The notes: generated from the sequence alone by a model not told the origin. A DNA stretch of 14,683 nt from Chthoniobacteraceae bacterium (GCA_031409335.1 JANNWY010000038.1:1-14683), one strand, 5' to 3'; shown: positions 1 to 12,205, counted from the stretch's first letter. Translations and numbers: made by a program.

Positions 1-122
1 CCCGCCGAAACGAACTTCCATCCGCGCTGCGTTCACGGGACGCACTCGCATAGCATTCCACGTCTTGAAAAGTTCGCGAAGGCGGGACGCCTTTGCCAAC
101 GCTCGGGACGAGCGTGCTACCC
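1..122. repeat. REP/REPIN-like inverted repeat, left arm truncated by window start
   Basis: 1-6/81-86 (CCCGCC/GGCGGG) and 11-17/70-76 (CGAACTT/AAGTTCG) are complementary. The right arm has two hairpins with GGA loops (76-96, 99-115) followed by CTAC at 117-120, which is GTAG on the minus strand at the hairpin foot, the REP hallmark. Confidence 0.7.
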
Positions 123-141
123 GGATTTCCCTGGCACGCGC

Positions 142-1284
142 TCATCGACTGACGAGCCGCTCCCGAGCTTCGATCGCCTTCGCTTTCGCATCTGCGGCAT
201 CGCACCCGAATGCCACGAGATGCCCCATCTTCCTCCCGCGACGCGCGCCCGCTTTGCCGTAGAGATGCAGCTTCACATCGGGCATCGCGAGCGCGGCGGC
301 CCAATCCGGTTCGCCCTTTTCCCACAAGTCGCCGAGCAGATTTGCCATCGCGGCGGGGCGCAAAATATCGGTCGCGCCGAGCGGCAGGCCGCACACGGCG
401 CGGAGCTGCTGCTCGAACTGGCTGGTCACGCACGCGTCGAACGTCCAGTGCCCGGAATTGTGCGGGCGCGGCGCGAGTTCATTGATGAGCAGCGAGCCGT
501 CGTGGCGGAGAAACATTTCGACGGCGAGCAGGCCGACGAGATTGATTTTTTCAGCGACGGCGCAGGCAAGGTCGCGCGCGGCGGCTTCGATTTTCGGATC
601 GCCGAAGGGGACGACGGTGATGTCGAGAATGTGATTTGCGTGATCGTTTCGCCCGACTGGAAAAGTCTGCATCGCGCCATCGCTCCCGCGCGCGACAATA
701 ACCGAAAGCTCCATCGCGAAATCAACGAAACTTTCCAAGACCGCGAGTTGTCCGGTGAAGGGAGCCCACGCGGTTTGAAGATTGTCGCCGGGCCGGATGA
801 GGCGCTGGCCTTTGCCGTCGTAACCGAAGGATGCGGTCTTCAGCACGGCGGGCTGGCCGATTTCAGCGACCGCGGCGGCGAGTTCGCCCGCGCTCGCGAC
901 GGCTTTGAAACCGGGAAGCGGCAGCGCGTGGCGATCGAGAAATTCCTTCTCCCGCAAACGATGCTGCGTGATGTGCAACACCTCGCCCGAGGGCCGCACG
1001 ACGCAATGCTGCGCGCACCATTCGATCGTCTGCGCGGGGATGTTCTCGAACTCGAAGGTGAGCACATCGACGCCGCGCGCGAAGTTTTCCACCGCCACCT
1101 CGTCGTCATAACGCGCCGCGATTTCGAGATCGGCGAGCTGGCCGGTCGGCGTGTCTTCATCCGGCGAAAACGTGTGGACGCGATAGCCCATGCGCCGCGC
1201 GGCGATGGCAAACATGCGGCCAAGCTGCCCGCCGCCCATGACGCCGACGATGCTGCCGGGGAGAAAGACCCGCACGGCGCTCAT
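142..1284 (-). CDS. purK: N5-carboxyaminoimidazole ribonucleotide synthase (ATP-grasp)
   Basis: [38 protein letters not shown] and LHLYGK...RKMGH motifs; 4-bp overlap with purE. Confidence 0.97.
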   Translation of the reverse strand: MSAVRVFLPGSIVGVMGGGQLGRMFAIAARRMGYRVHTFSPDEDTPTGQLADLEIAARYDDEVAVENFARGVDVLTFEFENIPAQTIEWCAQHCVVRPSGEVLHITQHRLREKEFLDRHALPLPGFKAVASAGELAAAVAEIGQPAVLKTASFGYDGKGQRLIRPGDNLQTAWAPFTGQLAVLESFVDFAMELSVIVARGSDGAMQTFPVGRNDHANHILDITVVPFGDPKIEAAARDLACAVAEKINLVGLLAVEMFLRHDGSLLINELAPRPHNSGHWTFDACVTSQFEQQLRAVCGLPLGATDILRPAAMANLLGDLWEKGEPDWAAALAMPDVKLHLYGKAGARRGRKMGHLVAFGCDAADAKAKAIEARERLVSR

Positions 1285-1772
1285 TTCAATTCCGCCGCGA
1301 GGACTTCACTCGTTTGCTTCTCGCGAAACGCCTCCAGCGCTGCGCGGATTTTTTCATCGTGCAGCGCGAGGATCCCAGCCGCGAGCAGCGCCGCGTTTTT
1401 CGCGCCCGCCGCGCCGATGGCGAGCGTTCCGACCGGGATGCCGGCGGGCATTTGCACGATGGAAAGCAGCGAGTCCACACCGCGCAGGACACGACTCTCG
1501 ACGGGCACGCCGAGCACCGGCAGTCGCGTGTGAGCCGCCACCATTCCCGGCAAATGCGCCGCGCCACCCGCACCGGCGATGATGACCTGGATGCCGCGCC
1601 CGGCAGCCTCCCGCGCAAATTGCGCCATCAGCTCCGGCGTGCGGTGCGCGGAGACGACCCGCGCCTCGGTCGGGATCGCGAATTCTTCCAGCGTCTCGAC
1701 CGCGGCGCGCATGGTTTCCCAATCGGATTTACTGCCCATGATGACAGCGACTAGCGGCGCGGCGTTTTGCAT
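1281..1772 (-). CDS. purE: N5-CAIR mutase
   Basis: [26 protein letters not shown] and [13 protein letters not shown] motifs. Start placed at ATG 1772 (MQNAAP) rather than 1901, which would overlap aroK. Confidence 0.96.
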   Translation of the reverse strand: MQNAAPLVAVIMGSKSDWETMRAAVETLEEFAIPTEARVVSAHRTPELMAQFAREAAGRGIQVIIAGAGGAAHLPGMVAAHTRLPVLGVPVESRVLRGVDSLLSIVQMPAGIPVGTLAIGAAGAKNAALLAAGILALHDEKIRAALEAFREKQTSEVLAAELK

Positions 1773-1851
1773 GAAGCGCGGAGAATGCCGCACGGGAAAT
1801 AGGGAATGCAATGCGCGAGATTTCGCGCACCATGCCTTCCGATAAAACAGC

Positions 1852-2387
1852 ATGGTCACACGCGAAAACATCGTCCTCGTCGGCTTCATGGGCAGCGGCA
1901 AATCCGCGGTCGGGAGATTCGTGGCGAAGCGGCTGCGGTTTCAGTTCGTGGATACGGACCGGCTCATCGTCGAGCGCGCGGGGCTGCCGATTGCGGACAT
2001 CTTTGCGCAGCACGGGGAGGAGCATTTTCGCGATCTGGAAACGTCGGTGCTGGAATCCCTTGATGGCGTTCAGCAAAGCGTGATCGCGACGGGTGGCGGC
2101 GCGGTGGTGATGGAGCGGAATCACGCGATCCTGAAATCGCTCGGCTATGTCGTTTGGCTGACGGCGAGTGAAGACGTGATTTTTGATCGCGTGTCGCGGA
2201 ACGACAAACGGCCGCTGCTGCAGACGGAAAATCCGCGGGCGACGATCTCGCAACTGCTCGCGACGCGGCGTCCGCTCTACGAAAGCGCGGCGGATTTCAG
2301 CGTCGATACGACTGCGTTTTCACACAATGCGGCGGCGGACGCGGTGATCGCGGCGGCTGGTCGCTCGTTTGGCTGGGACACGACGCC

Positions 2388-2391
<4 letters not shown>
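1852..2391 (+). CDS. aroK: Shikimate kinase
   Basis: [14 protein letters not shown]-loop, [17 protein letters not shown] and RPLL motifs. Confidence 0.95.
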
Positions 2392-3446
<1,055 letters not shown>

Positions 3447-3468
3447 ACTGCGCGTTCCTTTTTTGAAA

Positions 3469-4248
3469 ATGAACCCATCCACGCAGCGCATCGTCGTCAA
3501 ATTCGGCTCGGGCATTCTCGCGAATCCGAATGGCACGGCGCTGGACGCGCGGCAATTCAAACGGCTCTCGCGCGAGATCGCGCTGCTGGTCGCGGCGGGG
3601 CATGAGGTGATCGTGGTTTCGAGCGGCGCGGTCGCGGCGGGGCTGGGTGCGCTCGGGCTGAATGCGCGGCCCGAGGAACTCGCGGCGATCCAGGCTTGCG
3701 CGGCGGTCGGGCAGTCGAAACTGATGCAGATGTACGGCGCGATGTTCGCGGAGCATGGGCTCGCGGTTGCGCAGTTGCTGCTGACGTATCGCGATCTCGA
3801 CAGCCGCGTTTCTTACGCGAATGCGCAAAACACGATCGCGCGGCTGCTGGAGCAAAAGCGCGTGGTGCCGATCATCAACGAAAACGATTCCGTAGCCGTC
3901 GAAGAGCTGCGCCTCGGCGACAACGACAGGCTCTCCGCGGAAGTGGCGATCCTCGCGAATGCGGACCTGCTCATCCTGCTCACCTCGGTGGATGGATTGC
4001 TCGACGCGCATGGGGCGACCGTGCCGCTCGTGCGCGATGTCGAGCAGGTGAAAGGGCTCGCGCGTGCGGACAAGGGCAAGTTTTCCGTCGGCGGCATGGC
4101 GTCGAAATTGCAGGCAGTGAACCTCGCGGTGGCGGCGGGAATTCGGACGCACATTTGCAGCGGGACGAAAGCGGGGCAGATCGGGAAGATCGTTGCGGGC
4201 CGTGCGGCGGGGACGCGGTTCGTTGCCAAAGGGGAAGCGGTCGGCTGA
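3469..4248 (+). CDS. proB: Glutamate 5-kinase, short form without PUA domain
   Basis: IVVKFGS, VSSGAVAAG, AAVGQ, PIINENDSV, GDNDRLSA and GGMASKL motifs. Start at ATG 3469; the protein ends just after GTRF. Confidence 0.93.
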   Translation: MNPSTQRIVVKFGSGILANPNGTALDARQFKRLSREIALLVAAGHEVIVVSSGAVAAGLGALGLNARPEELAAIQACAAVGQSKLMQMYGAMFAEHGLAVAQLLLTYRDLDSRVSYANAQNTIARLLEQKRVVPIINENDSVAVEELRLGDNDRLSAEVAILANADLLILLTSVDGLLDAHGATVPLVRDVEQVKGLARADKGKFSVGGMASKLQAVNLAVAAGIRTHICSGTKAGQIGKIVAGRAAGTRFVAKGEAVG

Positions 4249-4250
4249 CC

Positions 4251-4342
4251 GCGGGGTGGTCTTCGATCTCCCCGGTCGAAGTTGCCTTTCTACATCAGGG
4301 CAGTGGCGTTGGCGTTCGCAGCGCAACCGCGCCATCCACCTG

Positions 4343-4343
<1 letters not shown>
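4251..4343. repeat. Structured REPIN-like intergenic element
   Basis: Outer stem GGTGG 4255-4259/CCACC 4336-4340 encloses three hairpins (4261-4281, 4282-4303, 4304-4334). GTGG lies near the foot of a hairpin on each strand. Confidence 0.5.
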
Positions 4344-6066
<1,723 letters not shown>

Positions 6067-6072
<6 letters not shown>

Positions 6073-6798
6073 ATTGAGGATGCGCTCGACCGCGCGCACA
6101 TCCTCCGGGGTATCGACGCTGACCGCGGCATTCTTCGCGAGGATGACGCGGATTTTTGCGCCGTTTTCCAGCGCGCGCAATTGCTCGAGGGATTCCGCCT
6201 GCTCCAGAATGCCCGGCTTCCACTTCACAAAATGAAGCAGGAATTTCGTGGTGTAGCCGTAGATGCCCTGGTGCCGGTAAAAGCTCGGTCGCACTCCATC
6301 CGCGCGCACAAACGGGATCGGGGCGCGGGAAAAATACAGCCCGTTCATTTCGCGATCGAGCACTACCTTCACCATGTTCGGATTCGCCAGATCATCCTCC
6401 GGCGTGAAGACACTCGCCGACGTAATCATCGCGATCGCGCGATCCTTCGCCATCGCCGCCGCGAGCTTCGCCACGACCGCCGGATCGACCAGCGGTTCGT
6501 CGCCCTGCACATTGATGATGTGCGAATAGCCGCGCAGTTTTTTTGCCACCTCCGCCACCCGATCCGTGCCGCTGCGATGCTTCGGCGAAGTCATCGCCAC
6601 TTCCGCGCCAAACGCGAACGCGCACTCCGCGATCCGCATGTCATCCGTCGCCACGATCACCGTGTCGATGCCCTTCGCTTTCGCGCAGCGCTCCCATACG
6701 TGCTGGATCAGCGGCTTCCCCGCGATCGGGTGCAGCGGCTTCGCAGGGAGTCGCGTGGACGCGAATCGAGCTGGAATGATGACTGCGACCTTGGGCAT
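6067..6798 (-). CDS. kdsB: 3-deoxy-manno-octulosonate cytidylyltransferase
   Basis: IIPARFASTRLPAKPL, SGTDRV, INVQGDEP, LYFSRAPIP and ESLEQLRALENG motifs. Confidence 0.96.
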
Positions 6799-6913
6799 CC
6801 GCAGCTTTTACGGGGAAGCCCCCGCGCGGACAACCTTTTTGCTCCCGGCATGAGCGCGATGGCGAATGTAAAACTTCTAGCGGACCCAAAACGCTCTGCT
6901 ACAAGACCCGCCC

Positions 6914-7894
6914 ATGCGTCTTCTCGTCACTGGCGGCTGCGGCTTTATCGGCAGCAATTTCATTCGTTACGTCCTCCAGCATTTTGGCCCGGAGAGCATC
7001 TCGAATGTCGATGTGCTCACCTATGCCGGGAACCCCGCGAACCTTGACGGCATCGCCACGCAGTTCGGGGAGCGCTACGAGTTTTTCAAGACCGATATCG
7101 CCGACGCGGCGGGCGTCAACGCCATCCTTTCAAAGCATCAGTTTTTCGCGGTCGTGAATTTCGCCGCGGAATCGCACGTCGATCGCTCGATCGACACGCC
7201 GGGCGATTTCATCCACACGAATGTCGTCGGTACCGCCGTGCTGCTCGATGCCGCGCGAAAACATGGCGTGCGCCGCTTTCTCCAAGTGTCCACCGACGAG
7301 GTGTACGGCTCGCTCGGGGAACCGGGAAAGTTCACCGAGCAGTCCGAGATCAAGCCGAGTTCGCCGTATTCCGCGAGCAAGGCATCCGCCGATCTGCTCG
7401 CGCTCGCGTGCCATCACACCTATGGCCAGGAAGTCATCGTCACGCGCTGCTCAAACAACTACGGGCCGTATCAATTTCCCGAAAAACTCATCCCGCTGAT
7501 GATCGTGAACGCGCTCCACGACAAGCCGCTGCCGGTCTATGGCGACGGGTTGAATGTGCGCGATTGGATTCACGTCGAGGATCACTGCGCCGCGATTTTC
7601 GCCGCGCTCCTGCATGGCAAACCGGGCGAGGTTTACAACGTCGGCAGCGATGGCGAGATGCGGAATATCGACGTGGTGACGATGATCCTCGATCACCTCG
7701 GCAAGCCGCACAGCCTCATCCAATACGTCACCGACCGGCTCGGTCACGATCGCCGTTACGCGATCGACTCCACCAAGGCGCACACTGCGCTGAAGTGGAA
7801 GCCGCGCCACGATCACCTGCAAGGCATCCGCGACACGGTCGATTGGTACGTCGCGAACCGCGCGTGGTGGCAGCCCTTGCTGAAGGCGAAATGA
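6914..7894 (+). CDS. rfbB: dTDP-glucose 4,6-dehydratase
   Basis: VTGGCGFIGSNF, FAAESHVDRSI, STDEVYG, PYSASKA, CSNNYGPYQFPEKLIP and GHDRRYAID motifs. Confidence 0.96.
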   Translation: MRLLVTGGCGFIGSNFIRYVLQHFGPESISNVDVLTYAGNPANLDGIATQFGERYEFFKTDIADAAGVNAILSKHQFFAVVNFAAESHVDRSIDTPGDFIHTNVVGTAVLLDAARKHGVRRFLQVSTDEVYGSLGEPGKFTEQSEIKPSSPYSASKASADLLALACHHTYGQEVIVTRCSNNYGPYQFPEKLIPLMIVNALHDKPLPVYGDGLNVRDWIHVEDHCAAIFAALLHGKPGEVYNVGSDGEMRNIDVVTMILDHLGKPHSLIQYVTDRLGHDRRYAIDSTKAHTALKWKPRHDHLQGIRDTVDWYVANRAWWQPLLKAK

Positions 7895-8775
7895 AGATCG
7901 TCATCGTCGGCAGCGGCGGACGCCTCGGCGCTGCGCTGGCTCGCGAGTGGGCGGCGCGCGGCGATGACATCGCGGGCTTCAATCACGCCACGCTTGATCT
8001 CGGCGACTCCGCAGCGCTGCACGCCGCGCTCGCTCCGCTCGACTTCGATGCGCTCGTGAATTGCGCCGCGCTCACGCACGTCGATTACTGCGAATCGCAC
8101 GAGGATGAGGCGTATCGCATCAATGCGCACGCCGTCGCCGACCTCGGCGAAATCTGCGCTGCGAAAAACGCGCGCATGATTCACATCAGCACCGACTACG
8201 TCTTCGACGGAGAAAAGCGCACGCCGTATTTGGAAGCGGACGCCGCGCATCCGCTCGGCATCTACGCCGCCTCCAAGCTCGCGGGCGAAAACGCGCTCCT
8301 CGAAAAATACCCGCAGCATCTCAGCGCCCGCGTCTCCTGGGTCTTCGGCCCGGATCGCCCGAGCTTCGTCGATCAAATCCTCAAACGCGCGACCGAGACC
8401 GACGCGCTCGGCGCCATCGCCGACAAAATCGCCGTCCCGACCTACACGCTCGACATCGCCGTATGGCTCCGCCCTTTCCTGCGCGACATCCGCGAGGGCG
8501 GCCTGCTGCATCTCTGCAACGTCGGCGAATGCACGTGGCAGCAATACGGCCAGTTCGCGCTCGACTGCGCCGCCGCCGCCGGGGTCGCGCTGAAAGGCCA
8601 CACCGTCGCCGCGCAAAAGATGTCCGACATCACTGCCTTCATCGCGAAGCGCCCGGTCTATACCGTCATGGCCACCGAAAAACTCACGCGCCTCACCGGT
8701 CTCAAGCCGCGCTCGTGGCAGGACGCAGTGGAAGACTACGTCCGCACCCGCTGGATCGCCGCAAACCAGAAATAG
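7891..8775 (+). CDS. rfbD: dTDP-4-dehydrorhamnose reductase
   Basis: GSGGRLG, NCAALTHVD, HISTDYVFDG, YAASKLAGE and PTYT motifs; ATGA overlap with the rfbB stop gives start 7891. Confidence 0.93.
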   Translation: MKIVIVGSGGRLGAALAREWAARGDDIAGFNHATLDLGDSAALHAALAPLDFDALVNCAALTHVDYCESHEDEAYRINAHAVADLGEICAAKNARMIHISTDYVFDGEKRTPYLEADAAHPLGIYAASKLAGENALLEKYPQHLSARVSWVFGPDRPSFVDQILKRATETDALGAIADKIAVPTYTLDIAVWLRPFLRDIREGGLLHLCNVGECTWQQYGQFALDCAAAAGVALKGHTVAAQKMSDITAFIAKRPVYTVMATEKLTRLTGLKPRSWQDAVEDYVRTRWIAANQK

Positions 8776-8863
8776 GTGAATGGTGCGCGCCGCTGCGCCA
8801 TCGGATAACGCCGGACGCGGGCTGCTTTTCGAATCGGTCATCGCGTGAACCGCGCCACTCGTT

Positions 8864-8897
8864 TTGTCATCGGCCTGTCATCTTTCTTGCCGATACT
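8864..8897 (+). promoter_or_regulatory. Pho-box-like OmpR/PhoB-family direct repeat plus candidate -10
   Basis: TTGTCAT-CGGC-CTGTCAT (8864-8881, 11-bp period), then GATACT at 8892-8897, 10 nt downstream and just upstream of an OmpR-family gene. Confidence 0.6.
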
Positions 8898-8916
8898 CCG
8901 CCTCGAATTTCTCACC

Positions 8917-9588
8917 GTGCGCCTCCTCATCATCGAAGACGATCCAAAGCTCTCGCGCCTGCTTTCCCGCGGGCTGCGTGAGGAGGGATTTGCGGTCGAT
9001 GTTTCCGCGGATGGGGAGGACGGCGCGTTCCGGGCGATCGCCCAGGAGTATGATTGCGTCGTGCTTGATGTGATGCTGCCGGGGCTCGATGGCTTCGAGG
9101 TGCTCCGGCGGCTGCGGGAAAAAGGGCGGCGCACTCCGGTGCTGATGCTGACGGCGCGCGGCGCGGTGCAGGATCGCGTCCGCGGGCTGAATGGCGGTGC
9201 GGACGACTATTTGAAGAAACCTTTCGACTTCGAGGAACTGCTCGCGCGCATCCACGCGCTGGTGCGCCGCGCGGCCCCTGAGCCGGATGTCTGCCTGCGC
9301 GTCGGCGATCTCGTGCTCGATCCGCGGAAGCGCGAAGTGACGCGCGGCGGCGTGCCCGTGGAACTGACGGCCAAGGAATTCGCCATCCTCGAATACCTGT
9401 TGCGCCATCGCGAACGCGTGATCTCCCGCACGCAGCTTTCCGAACATGTGTGGGATGAAAACTTCGACGCAATGAGCAACGTGATCGACGTCACCGTCTA
9501 TCGCCTTCGCGAAAAAATAGACCGCCACGGGCCCGCGCTCGTGCATACCGTGCGGGGCGCAGGGTACGTGCTGCGCGCTCCCGCATGA
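8917..9588 (+). CDS. OmpR/PhoB-family response regulator (CusR/CzcR-like)
   Basis: LLIIEDD, LDVMLPGLDG, LMLTA, GADDYLKKPF and winged-helix HTVRGAGY motifs; GTG 8917 gives a typical 223 aa. Confidence 0.92.
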   Translation: MRLLIIEDDPKLSRLLSRGLREEGFAVDVSADGEDGAFRAIAQEYDCVVLDVMLPGLDGFEVLRRLREKGRRTPVLMLTARGAVQDRVRGLNGGADDYLKKPFDFEELLARIHALVRRAAPEPDVCLRVGDLVLDPRKREVTRGGVPVELTAKEFAILEYLLRHRERVISRTQLSEHVWDENFDAMSNVIDVTVYRLREKIDRHGPALVHTVRGAGYVLRAPA

Positions 9589-10907
9589 CCTCTTCCCGCG
9601 ACGAACGCCGCCTCATCCTCCACGCTTCGCTGCTCGTCATCGCGCTGCTCACACTCGCGGGGGTGCTGCTGCGCTCCTATGTGGCGCGCACGATCGAGGG
9701 CGATGTGAAAGTGCAGATCGCCATCCTCGATCTCGCGCTCCGCGATCGGTCGCGCTACCTCGCCGAACTGCTCAGCACCGATCGCGAGACCGGACCCTGG
9801 CCCGAGAATCTCGATAGCATTCTCACGAAAAATCACGCCGACTTTAATCGCGACATCTTCATCCAGGTCTTCGAGGCGGACGGCACGCTGGTCTCCGCCT
9901 CCGCAAACACGCCGGCGACGCTGCCGCTTTCGCCAAAGGCACTGCTCATGCCAGTGCGCCAGCATCGCTGGATGACGGACGAGATGTCCGGCCCAGATGG
10001 CCGCAAGATTCGCACGGTTACTTTCCCGATCGTCAGCGATGATCCAATGCGTGTCTTCGGCTTTTCCAGCGCGGGTTTGCCGCTGCCGGATGCCGCGCGG
10101 GCGGTGGCGCGATTTACGTGGATCATGTTCGCCGGGCTTGCGGGCATCGGATCGCTCTTCGTCATCGCCCTGCGTGCCGCGGTGCTCGCCGCCGCGCACC
10201 GGCTGCGTGGGGAGATGGTGAGTATCGCGGCGGCACAGCAGCGTTTCGTGGCCGATGCCGCGCATGAACTCGGCACGCCGCTCGCCGTCCTGCGCGGCGA
10301 GATGGACATCGCTCTGCGGCGGGAGCGCTCCGGCGCGGATTATCGCGCGACGCTCGAAAGCTGCCGCGAAGAAATCGAACGACTTTCGCGGCTCTCGGAA
10401 AATCTGCTCTCCCTCGCGACCGCCGATGCCGGCCAGGCCGTGGTGCATCGCGCTGCGTGCGATGCGGCGGCGATCGCACGGACGGTGCATGGTCGATTTG
10501 CGAGAGTCGCCGCGGAGAAGAATGTGACTTTCACCCTCTCCGCGCCGGACATGCTGCCGTGGACCGCGGATGCGATGGCGATCGAGCAAGTGCTCGGCAA
10601 CCTCGTGAGCAACGCGCTCCGCCACACGCCAGGCGGCGATTCCGTAACACTGAGCGTTGCAAAATCCGCTGCCGATATCGTTTTCCGCGTTGCCGACACC
10701 GGCGAGGGAATCCCGCCCTCGCACCTGCCGCAGCTCTTCGATCGCTTTCATCGCGTGGACAAAGCGCGCTCGCGATCCGTCGGCGGCGCGGGCCTCGGTC
10801 TCGCGATCGTGAAGACCCTCGTCGAAGCGCACGGCGGCGCGGTCGGCGTCGTCAGCGAGTTGGGCAAAGGCTCGCGTTTCGAGTGCCGGTTTCCGGCACT
10901 TGGGTGA
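9585..10907 (+). CDS. Membrane sensor histidine kinase (HisKA plus HATPase)
   Basis: Two hydrophobic segments, H-box ADAAHELGTPL, N-box NLVSNALRH, DTGEGI, FDRFHR and GAGLGLAIV. Confidence 0.93.
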   Translation: MTSSRDERRLILHASLLVIALLTLAGVLLRSYVARTIEGDVKVQIAILDLALRDRSRYLAELLSTDRETGPWPENLDSILTKNHADFNRDIFIQVFEADGTLVSASANTPATLPLSPKALLMPVRQHRWMTDEMSGPDGRKIRTVTFPIVSDDPMRVFGFSSAGLPLPDAARAVARFTWIMFAGLAGIGSLFVIALRAAVLAAAHRLRGEMVSIAAAQQRFVADAAHELGTPLAVLRGEMDIALRRERSGADYRATLESCREEIERLSRLSENLLSLATADAGQAVVHRAACDAAAIARTVHGRFARVAAEKNVTFTLSAPDMLPWTADAMAIEQVLGNLVSNALRHTPGGDSVTLSVAKSAADIVFRVADTGEGIPPSHLPQLFDRFHRVDKARSRSVGGAGLGLAIVKTLVEAHGGAVGVVSELGKGSRFECRFPALG

Positions 10908-11159
10908 CGGCCGCGATACCCGCGCCAGTTCCCGTGAGATGCCGACCTCGTGCAGATGATGCCGCCGCCTCGTGGTGGCTGCGACGCCCCCGTCGCAAAC
11001 CCCACCCACCGCGGCGCCCTCGCCGTCCATTTCCCCCGCACCCAGATCCACCGACAAACTCCCACTCAGAAACATCCAAAACCACCGAGGCTGCGGATGG
11101 GACTGGCCCGGAAACAATCACGCTCCAAAGTCATCGCACAACACGGCAGGTAGGCCAGC

Positions 11160-12203
11160 GGCCTAGTTCTCTATTCACATTTTTAGGATAAAGGTGCCGT
11201 TTACCATGTGATGTGCCAGGGTGACCCCCGAGAGGCGATCTTTGCCGATGACGCGGATCGGGAGATGTTTCGACCATGCTCGCGCAAATGTGCGGTCGCA
11301 CCGGGATGCGGGTGCATGGCTACGTGCTGCCATAGGCCCTGAGCCTGCCGAATGGGATGAGCAACGATTGCCATCTGCTGCTGGAAACACCGGAGCCGAA
11401 TCTGGTGGCTGGGATGAAGTGGTTCCAGGGCACTTACACGCAGCGCTTCATTGCGCGCCACCGGCTCAGTGGGCATCTCTTCCAAGGGCGCCACAAGGCG
11501 ATCCCGGTGCAGGCCGAGGCCAATGGCTACTTTTGCGCCGCGAGCGAATACATTCACCGCGACCCGGTGCGCGTGCGGCTGCTGGAGGCGGGCAGGCCCG
11601 ATTTGCGCGAATACCGCTGGCGCAGCTTTCTGCATTTTGTGCAAAAAACACGACTGCCAGAATGGCTTCGGCGGGATCGGGCCTTTGGCGCACTGGAGCT
11701 TCCGGATGAAGGTGCCGGATCGCGCCGACGGTACCGCGGGTGGCTGGTGGCGCGGACGCGCGATGTGCTGGACCAGGAGGCGACGGAGAAACAGTCCGGG
11801 CAATGGCGCGAGCTGCGGCTTGGCTGGTGCCTGGGGAGCGAAAGTTTTGGCGACCAGCTCATGGACTGGCCGGCGTAGGCGGTCGCGGCGCGCAAGCGTA
11901 CGTCCTACTCGGGCGAGAGCCTGAGGGCGCACGACCAAAGGGAGGCCGAGAGGCTGCTGGTGCTCGGTCTGGAGGGGCTGGGGCTGACACGGGCGCAGGC
12001 CGTCGCGCTGAAGAAAGCGGACCCGCGCAAGCAGGCGCTGGCCTTGCTGATGAAGAGCCACACGGTGGTGGCCGACGGGTGGAACGTTGCGCGCTTGGAG
12101 ATGCGCCATCGCAGCAATAAGAGGCGGGAGATCACGGCATTTTTCGATCCGAAGTAAGGCCAACACCGGAAGCTTCAAAGAGTTCTGCACATATGCACGG
12201 ACT
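11160..12203 (+). pseudogene. Degraded REP-associated tyrosine transposase (RAYT, Y1_Tnp/IS200-like)
   Basis: Reconstructed as GAVYHVMCQGDPREAIFADDADREMF / TMLAQMCGRTGMRVHGYVL / MSNDCHLLLETPEPNLVAGMKWFQGTYTQRF...GHLFQGRHKA...YIHRDPVR...YRWRS. Lesions: frameshift near 11271, a 27-bp insert, stops at 11184, 11333, 11876 and 12155, and HUH reading D-C-H. The 5' start is approximate. Confidence 0.88.
11330..11356. repeat. 27-bp small repeat-like insertion in the RAYT
   Basis: CCATAGGCCCTGAGCCTGCCGAATGGG sits exactly between the codons for YVL and MSN, which are contiguous in RAYT proteins. Confidence 0.7.
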
Positions 12204-12205
12204 TG

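Noticed and set aside
220..1533. 437-aa plus-strand ORF (likewise 3358-4335, 7813-8841, 9498-11117)
   Set aside because: Antisense shadows of well-supported genes in GC-rich DNA, with no recognisable motifs.
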